The translations under genes and the position numbers were made by a program. Positions 58,283-64,000 of a DNA stretch of 64,000 nt are shown in pieces. Location of the stretch: the sequence record DRR723986_4014. One strand, given 5' to 3'. The notes under the pieces are model-generated. The model worked only from the letters and a program-made list of their open reading frames with translations. It had not been told where the DNA came from and did not search any database. The number at the start of each line of letters is the position of its first letter. Position 1 is the first letter of the stretch.

Positions 58283-59884
58283 ATGAATCGATTAGTAAGA
58301 AGGGCCGCACGCTGCATGGCGATTGCCCTGGTTGTTTTAACTTGTTCGGCGGTGGGACACGCTCAACCCGAGCAAACCACGCGTTATGTGCCTGACGGTA
58401 CGGTGGCGGTGATCTCATCATGGCCGAAAGCAATGGCCGCCAAGGAAAAGATGCAGTACGCGCCGTTGGAAGTTATCAGCGCGGGAGGGCTTGAGCAGTT
58501 TGGATTCGATCCGCTGCTGTTCGAACGAATTGACGTCATGGTCGGCATGCCAGTTCCCATGCCTACATTTGGTGTCCTGATTCAGTCCTCGGAGTCGATC
58601 GACCTCTCAAATCTTCCGCAGCAAATGGTCGCCGCAACCGACGATTCGGGGCTTGTTCGCCTGAATGGTCCGGAGCAAATTGTTGTCAAGAAGATCGACG
58701 ACACTGTTGCCGTTATGGGTACCGAGCCGTTCGTCGACATGATGCTCAAGGAGCGTAGTGGGGATTCCTCGAAGTTACAGACTACGCTTGAAACCATTCG
58801 TGGACCTCAAGACGCAGTGGCTGTGGTTGATGTGGAAGCACTTCGACAATTGCTTGTCCCCATGCTGAGCAATCCACCTCCAGGTGCAATGCCACCGCAG
58901 CTTCAACAAGGGCTGATTGGCATGCTCAAGGAATCCGATGTGCTGGCAGTGAGAGCTGAAATTAGCGACCAGGAAAAAATCCAGGTGGTTCTAGCCAGTC
59001 CGGACGAAGCGGCGACGAAGCGACTTGAGAAACACATCGTGAAATTGTTGGAGTTCGGGCGCGAAGCACTGCTTGACGACATGCAGAACGGATTGCCGGA
59101 CGACGGCACGTTGACTCAGCAAGCAATGAAGAAGTATATCACCCGAATTTCACAGGTAGTCGTTGACACGCTAAAGCCACGACAAGTTGGCAACCGGTTG
59201 GTGATGGAAGTTGACCAAATTCAGAACGCCGGTGTCATCGGTACACTCACCGGACTGCTTCTCCCCGCCGTTCAATCTGCCCGCGGCGCTGCACGACGCA
59301 TGCAATCGTCGAACAATCTCAAGCAACTCGCGCTTTCGATGCACAACTTCGAGTCTGCCTATCGCAGGTTTCCTGCAACTGCTTCTTCGGACGACGATGG
59401 CAAGCCATTGTTGAGTTGGCGAGTAGCTGTGCTGCCGTTTCTGGAACAGAACGAGCTCTACAACAGGTTTCACCTTGATGAACCATGGGACAGCGAGCAC
59501 AACCTTGCTTTGCTTGAGGAGATGCCGGATGTTTATCGTCACCCCGGTAAAGCCACAGAACCAGGCCACACCGTCTACCAGGCCCCCGTTGGCGAGCACA
59601 CGCTGCTAAGGAAAGATGAACCCGCTGGCTTCGGTGCGATCACCGATGGGACAAGCAACACGATTATGTTGATCGAAACCAACGCAGAGAATGCTGTTCC
59701 GTGGACAGCACCGCAGGATTGGGAAGTTGATCACAACGAACCGAACGTTGCAGCCATTTTCTTCAATCAAATCACTCAGGTCGCGATGGGCGACGGAAGC
59801 GTTCAAACGCTCTCTGAGAACATCGACCTAGAAGTGCTCAAGGCGTTATTGACCAGGGACGGCGGTGAGGTCGTGAACTGGTGA
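58283..59884 (+). CDS. DUF1559 (SBP_bac_10) domain protein with a long N-terminal extension
   Basis: LLLPAVQSARGAARRMQSSNNLKQLALSMHNF, SWRVAVLPFLEQ, ITDGTSNTI, GDGSV. Confidence 0.9.
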   Translation: MNRLVRRAARCMAIALVVLTCSAVGHAQPEQTTRYVPDGTVAVISSWPKAMAAKEKMQYAPLEVISAGGLEQFGFDPLLFERIDVMVGMPVPMPTFGVLIQSSESIDLSNLPQQMVAATDDSGLVRLNGPEQIVVKKIDDTVAVMGTEPFVDMMLKERSGDSSKLQTTLETIRGPQDAVAVVDVEALRQLLVPMLSNPPPGAMPPQLQQGLIGMLKESDVLAVRAEISDQEKIQVVLASPDEAATKRLEKHIVKLLEFGREALLDDMQNGLPDDGTLTQQAMKKYITRISQVVVDTLKPRQVGNRLVMEVDQIQNAGVIGTLTGLLLPAVQSARGAARRMQSSNNLKQLALSMHNFESAYRRFPATASSDDDGKPLLSWRVAVLPFLEQNELYNRFHLDEPWDSEHNLALLEEMPDVYRHPGKATEPGHTVYQAPVGEHTLLRKDEPAGFGAITDGTSNTIMLIETNAENAVPWTAPQDWEVDHNEPNVAAIFFNQITQVAMGDGSVQTLSENIDLEVLKALLTRDGGEVVNW

Positions 59885-59949
59885 ACTTGAACCGATAGTT
59901 CCAGCCGTAGCGTCGCCGCTGTATAGCTTAAGCGGACAACATAGCGTTA

Positions 59950-59991
59950 AACGAAAACAGGCCAGGGCTTTCACCCTGGCCTGTTTTCGTT
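59950..59991. terminator. Bidirectional intrinsic terminator
   Basis: AACGAAAACAGGCCAGGG-CTTTCA-CCCTGGCCTGTTTTCGTT perfect inverted repeat between convergent genes. Confidence 0.85.
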
Positions 59992-60025
59992 GATTGGTTT
60001 GTCAATGCAGATCGAATGCGATGAC

Positions 60026-60601
60026 TTACTTTTTGGCAAGCAGCTTTTCGACGGCTTCAATTACGTCGTCGGAAGTTGGCTTGGTGCGAGGCTCGAAGCG
60101 AGCGACTGGCTTGCCTTCGCGATCAAGAAGGAACTTCTCAAAGTTCCACGATACCTTGCCTTTGCCCTTCGGTTCCAAATCCAACGCTGTGAGGTGCTTG
60201 TAAAGATCACACGCCTTGTCACCGTTGACGTCAACCTTGGCGAACATGTCAAACTCAACACCGTACTTATCGGTGCAGAACGTTGAAATGTCTTTGGCAG
60301 TGCCTGGCTCCTGTCCACCGAACTGATTGCAGGGAAATCCAACGATTGCCAGCCCCTTCTTGGCGTACTTTTCGTGCAGCTCTTGGAGGCCTTTGTAATT
60401 GCTATCGGTCAGGCCACATTTGCTCGCCACATTGACGATCAAAACAACCTTGCCCTTGTAGTCGGCAAGCTTGACTTCCTTGCCATCGAGATTCTTCATC
60501 TTGAAAGCCAAAGCCTTGGCGGTTTCGCCTTTCGGTTCGGCAGCGATAGCAGGCGAACAAGCAACTGCGGCAAGTGCAAGGGCTGTGAGAAGTGTCTTCA
60601 T
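60026..60601 (-). CDS. Glutathione peroxidase family protein (Cys type) with signal peptide
   Basis: NVASKCGLT, GFPCNQFGGQEPG, WNFEKFL. Confidence 0.95.
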   Translation of the reverse strand: MKTLLTALALAAVACSPAIAAEPKGETAKALAFKMKNLDGKEVKLADYKGKVVLIVNVASKCGLTDSNYKGLQELHEKYAKKGLAIVGFPCNQFGGQEPGTAKDISTFCTDKYGVEFDMFAKVDVNGDKACDLYKHLTALDLEPKGKGKVSWNFEKFLLDREGKPVARFEPRTKPTSDDVIEAVEKLLAKK

Positions 60602-60739
60602 TTGTTTCTCCGAGCGGAATGGGCAGAGCCACAGTTGTTCAGTGGCCAGCGCCCGATTTGGGGTAGGAATTGGAGTCCAACGGCTGGAGCTCCAATTATA
60701 ATTTGTGCACTACTGTAGTGCGGCGGGAAGCTAAACGAC

Positions 60740-61324
60740 CTAGCCTTCTTCTTGGGTTGCTTCTTCGGATGTGTCCTCGTCAGCCACCACGGCAACCAAC
60801 TTGTGGGCCGCCTCGAGATCGGCGACTCTAGCAACCGAGTCTGCAGAAATGACGATCATGTCATCAAGCTTGGTGGCTTTACCGGTGACAACCACATCTT
60901 GGTTCTTCGCGATGTCCAGCAGTTCGTCAGCGGGCGTCTGAATAAGCTCGCCGTCTTCGCCGCGAATTTCAACGACAGCGAAAGGCGCGTTGTCAGCTTT
61001 TCTCTTACAGAATGGGCAATCACTCGGGTCGTCGTGCGAGTGCCCAAGATCAGGCAAGACGGTGACGGTGAAGCTTGCCTTTTCACGATCAAAAGGTTCA
61101 AGCTTGCCTCCGTAAATTCGAGCGACCAATGTCACACTGTCCAGGGCATCTTGCTCAAGAAGCTGTTCAAGAGAAGAAGCACTCTCCGGCAGCGATTCAA
61201 CAAGCACTGACTCTCGGGCTGCCTTAATGGCGGCTTCTTTAACAGCCTGCGGAGACGGACCGCAACCAGCCAAGGATCCGGCCAATACTAGGACTACGAA
61301 GAGCTTGGTATTAGAAATCTTCAA
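60740..61324 (-). CDS. Hypothetical lipoprotein with H-x-H...CPFC motif
   Basis: LAGC lipobox; GHSHDDPSDCPFC. Confidence 0.75.
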   Translation of the reverse strand: MKISNTKLFVVLVLAGSLAGCGPSPQAVKEAAIKAARESVLVESLPESASSLEQLLEQDALDSVTLVARIYGGKLEPFDREKASFTVTVLPDLGHSHDDPSDCPFCKRKADNAPFAVVEIRGEDGELIQTPADELLDIAKNQDVVVTGKATKLDDMIVISADSVARVADLEAAHKLVAVVADEDTSEEATQEEG

Positions 61325-61443
61325 TGGAAATTCCTTTCAACAAAACCTCTCGTGACCTAGACCAATCAGCCACTCCGTTCAAAAGGCAATTCGCCGTCAA
61401 CTGGCTAATTGCCGCCTCCAGTTCGGATATCGACCTTGGTCGA

Positions 61444-61920
61444 CTACTTCTTCATCATACCAACTGCGACATCCTTCATTGCAGTGGTGATGTCCGAGGC
61501 GACGTCTTCGTATTTGACCTCTTCACCACCATGCATCACATCGTCGAGCTTGGTGAAGGCGTCCAACAGCGTCTCTTTGGCAGTTTTGATTCCTTCCAAT
61601 GCATCACCCGAGACACCCTCTTTCTCAGCGAGTCCAGGCAAAGCTTCAATAGTGTCAAAAATCTCATGTAGCGGTCCATGTGCGGCGTCCATGTCGCCTG
61701 AAGTGAACGCTTCTTTAATTGTGCTCTGCTGTGCGGTCAGTTTCGCCACAGCATCTGCGAATGTTTCGGGGGCTGAGTGATCGCCATGGTCGTCGTGACC
61801 ATCGTGCTCGTCGTGAGTCTCGGTGTCACCGCCGGCGGTATCAGTGGCAGAGTCGGCACAGCCGGTGAATCCAGCGACAGCGACAAATAGCAGCATCCAG
61901 CAAGACAGGAAGCGGAGCAT
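61444..61920 (-). CDS. His-rich lipoprotein
   Basis: FTGC lipobox; HDEHDGHDDHGDH; AHGPLHE; helical C-terminal part; ATG at 61920. Confidence 0.75.
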   Translation of the reverse strand: MLRFLSCWMLLFVAVAGFTGCADSATDTAGGDTETHDEHDGHDDHGDHSAPETFADAVAKLTAQQSTIKEAFTSGDMDAAHGPLHEIFDTIEALPGLAEKEGVSGDALEGIKTAKETLLDAFTKLDDVMHGGEEVKYEDVASDITTAMKDVAVGMMKK

Positions 61921-62125
61921 TTCGAATTTCCTTTTGTATTGTGAGATATGCCACATTTGATGGGCATTCGGTTGGAGTTGAGCCGCCTGAAGTGTACGAC
62001 CAGGGACGATATTCCTACGCCCTCCGGGACGACTCAGTTCACTTATGAAGGTATGCCGCTGCAGCAATATCGACAAGTCGCCTACTCATTTAGTCCGCCA
62101 TAGGGTCAGAATGCGACTCGATCGG

Positions 62126-62530
62126 TCAAACATGAGACTTACTAGAGCTCTGTGACTGGCGCTGCATATTCCATCCGACCCAGGGGATTTGCAGCCAAAA
62201 TGAAAAATAGAAGAAGGTCAGATACCAATAGGGAATGACAAAGCTGATTCCTAGCCCCTTATACAACCCCAGCAGTAGGTAATCGTAAACGAACAGGGGG
62301 ACTGTCAAATAGAACGCCAGCCAGCAAGAATTCTTGAAGTGTTTGCCATCATTCCAAAACTTTTCAATCGTTATACGCGACACCGGAAAGTACATAACAG
62401 TGACAGCAACAACGATCAATACTTTCGCCCACAGATACCATTGTTGGTAGTACTCCGGCAGCCCCAACAAGTAGAAACTCAACCAGGTAACGAAGCTGTA
62501 GGCGAGAAGCCCTGCGTGTAATTTAATCAT
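62126..62530 (-). CDS. Hypothetical membrane protein
   Basis: 134 aa, about four TM segments, rich in aromatic residues. Confidence 0.7.
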   Translation of the reverse strand: MIKLHAGLLAYSFVTWLSFYLLGLPEYYQQWYLWAKVLIVVAVTVMYFPVSRITIEKFWNDGKHFKNSCWLAFYLTVPLFVYDYLLLGLYKGLGISFVIPYWYLTFFYFSFWLQIPWVGWNMQRQSQSSSKSHV

Positions 62531-62698
62531 CTGGTTCCTACTTATCCGGATCCTCTCTCCACGCTCGACTCATTGTCGCCGAATCGAGACCGGAGGGCCA
62601 CAATTTAAACTTTGATGAATTAATCTGTTCATCACCTGCGAACTAAGTCCGCATCTCGTGTCGAATATTTGCCGCTGCAAATAGCAACGCAAGCCGCC

Positions 62699-63322
62699 TC
62701 ATTGCGCGGTGACCTTACGGACTAAGTGCATTCCATCTCGTCCGCGATAGGTTAGCAAAAGGGAGTTGTCGGCGGCAGCAGCTTCAAAGACAGCTTCAAA
62801 AAACTGGTGCTCTCCAGGCCAGGGGAATGCAAAAAAAAGATCAAACTCATCCATCCCTAGACCAATTTCCTCGTAAACATCGCCCTCGAACGTCTCGACA
62901 TGTTCTATGTCACTGCCAAGGTCGTCGATGCCAGATAGATCGCGAGGGACGAAACTTCCCGTAAAGAACTTTGTTCGCAGCTTCAATTGATCCGCCAACT
63001 GGTCTGCCTGCTCAACCAGATTCGCTTCCACCTCTATGCCAACCGATTCAAGGCCTTGAACCGTAGCGAGCAAAGCAGCCACGCCAAAGCCACTACCCAG
63101 CTCGCAGAACCTATCGCCCGACATCAAGTGATTCTGACCAATCCAGGTCAAAGCTTGATCGAGAAGATGAAAGTCACAGGGAACGAAATTCTCGGTTACC
63201 GTTTCCTCACGCAATAGGAACGCTTCGATACACTCATTTGCTGTATCGATCAGACGAGACGCCTGGGCCGAATGGGCAACATTCCGGATGTCATCTGGGA
63301 TTACGATCTGCTGCAACGTCAT
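62699..63322 (-). CDS. Class I SAM-dependent methyltransferase-like protein
   Basis: FCELGSGFG motif I; GIEVE; FAFPWPGE. Confidence 0.8.
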   Translation of the reverse strand: MTLQQIVIPDDIRNVAHSAQASRLIDTANECIEAFLLREETVTENFVPCDFHLLDQALTWIGQNHLMSGDRFCELGSGFGVAALLATVQGLESVGIEVEANLVEQADQLADQLKLRTKFFTGSFVPRDLSGIDDLGSDIEHVETFEGDVYEEIGLGMDEFDLFFAFPWPGEHQFFEAVFEAAAADNSLLLTYRGRDGMHLVRKVTAQ

Positions 63323-63356
63323 AATGGAAACTCAGGATCCCGGAGCCTGGCCAGAC

Positions 63357-63593
63357 CTACTTGGCGCGAATGCGGCTGCCATCTTCGCTCATTTCGAAGA
63401 TTTGCAGCTCATTCTGTTGAACCACGTCACGGACCTGCGAATCGGTAATCGACTTGCCGCTCGCATTCGCCTTTGTGACGAAATCATCGACGTCGGCCCA
63501 ACGTTCGTCGCCGAGCTTCAGGCCAATGGATTCGGGATGATGCCTCAGAATGAAGCTCATGTACTTGCTGATCTTGGTGAGTCGTCTGTTCAT
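63357..63593 (-). CDS. Stand-alone N-terminal lobe of RNA 2'-phosphotransferase (Tpt1/KptA)
   Basis: ISKYMSFILRHHPESIGLKL..WADV...RIRA then stop; no QGHS or C-terminal lobe. Confidence 0.8.
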   Translation of the reverse strand: MNRRLTKISKYMSFILRHHPESIGLKLGDERWADVDDFVTKANASGKSITDSQVRDVVQQNELQIFEMSEDGSRIRAK

Positions 63594-63819
63594 GCCGCGT
63601 AGTTTAATGCACGGCTCCTATTTCGTCGTGCCCCCAGAAGTTGCGCAGACCGAGAATCGGCATCGATCTGTGCTGGGGGAAACTCGGAACTGCCGGCATT
63701 CAGCTAGCCAGACCAGCCTGAGAGAATTGGCAGCACGGTGGACAAAGAGGTAAAGCTGCCGGCACGCAACATTCGTTCAACTGTCTCAATGAAGCGACAA
63801 GAGACCGGCGCTAGAGGAG

Positions 63820-64000
63820 CTACTCGAACTCAATCTGCACTTGCTCGCGCATGATGTCGCCGGGAATCTGCTTAGAAAGGATCCACCCGGCTTCTCGAAT
63901 GTTGGCTTCGATTGTGATCGTTAGCGTCCCGGTTGCACCAGACGTCGGCAACACGGCTGGATCAGTTGTCAGAGTGTATTCCAAAGGAGCCGCGAACTTT
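63820..64000 (-). CDS. 3' end of a gene entering from beyond the window
   Basis: Open frame KFAAPLEYTLTT...REQVQIEFE* ending at a TAG at 63820-63822. Confidence 0.55.
   Translation of the reverse strand, partial: KFAAPLEYTLTTDPAVLPTSGATGTLTITIEANIREAGWILSKQIPGDIMREQVQIEFE

Noticed and set aside
60026-60601. Selenocysteine-containing Gpx
   Set aside because: The active-site codon is TGT (Cys) and the frame has no internal TGA

Overview
Bacterial chromosomal segment, very probably from a planctomycete (Pirellulaceae-like). This is inferred from a PSCyt/DUF1592-DUF1552 pair, a DUF1559 protein, several Cys-type sulfatases and Tat-exported enzymes. The first ~5.2 kb is an accessory region of short, same-strand hypothetical ORFs separated by imperfect hairpins, four of them a uniform 89-91 bp. 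These look like integron attC sites: the start of each unit is complementary to the core site at its own end, which indicates a partly decayed gene-cassette array. No integrase lies inside the window. At 13.9-26.5 kb is a minus-strand DNA end-processing cluster: a single-chain AddB-AddA fusion (2122 aa), a YhaO/Mre11-like nuclease, a YhaN/Rad50-like ATPase, and a protein fusing a putative Cys-His-Asp papain-like domain to DUF2786. The remainder holds housekeeping genes (leuS, fmt, dusB, dcd), a sulfatase/carbohydrate cluster, a STAS + atypical PilB/GspE ATPase + LarA-family group, a truncated globin, a glutathione peroxidase beside His-rich lipoproteins, and a stand-alone N-terminal half of Tpt1/KptA. 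I saw no rRNA, tRNA, CRISPR array or transposase. All family calls come from motif recognition by eye, not database searches.
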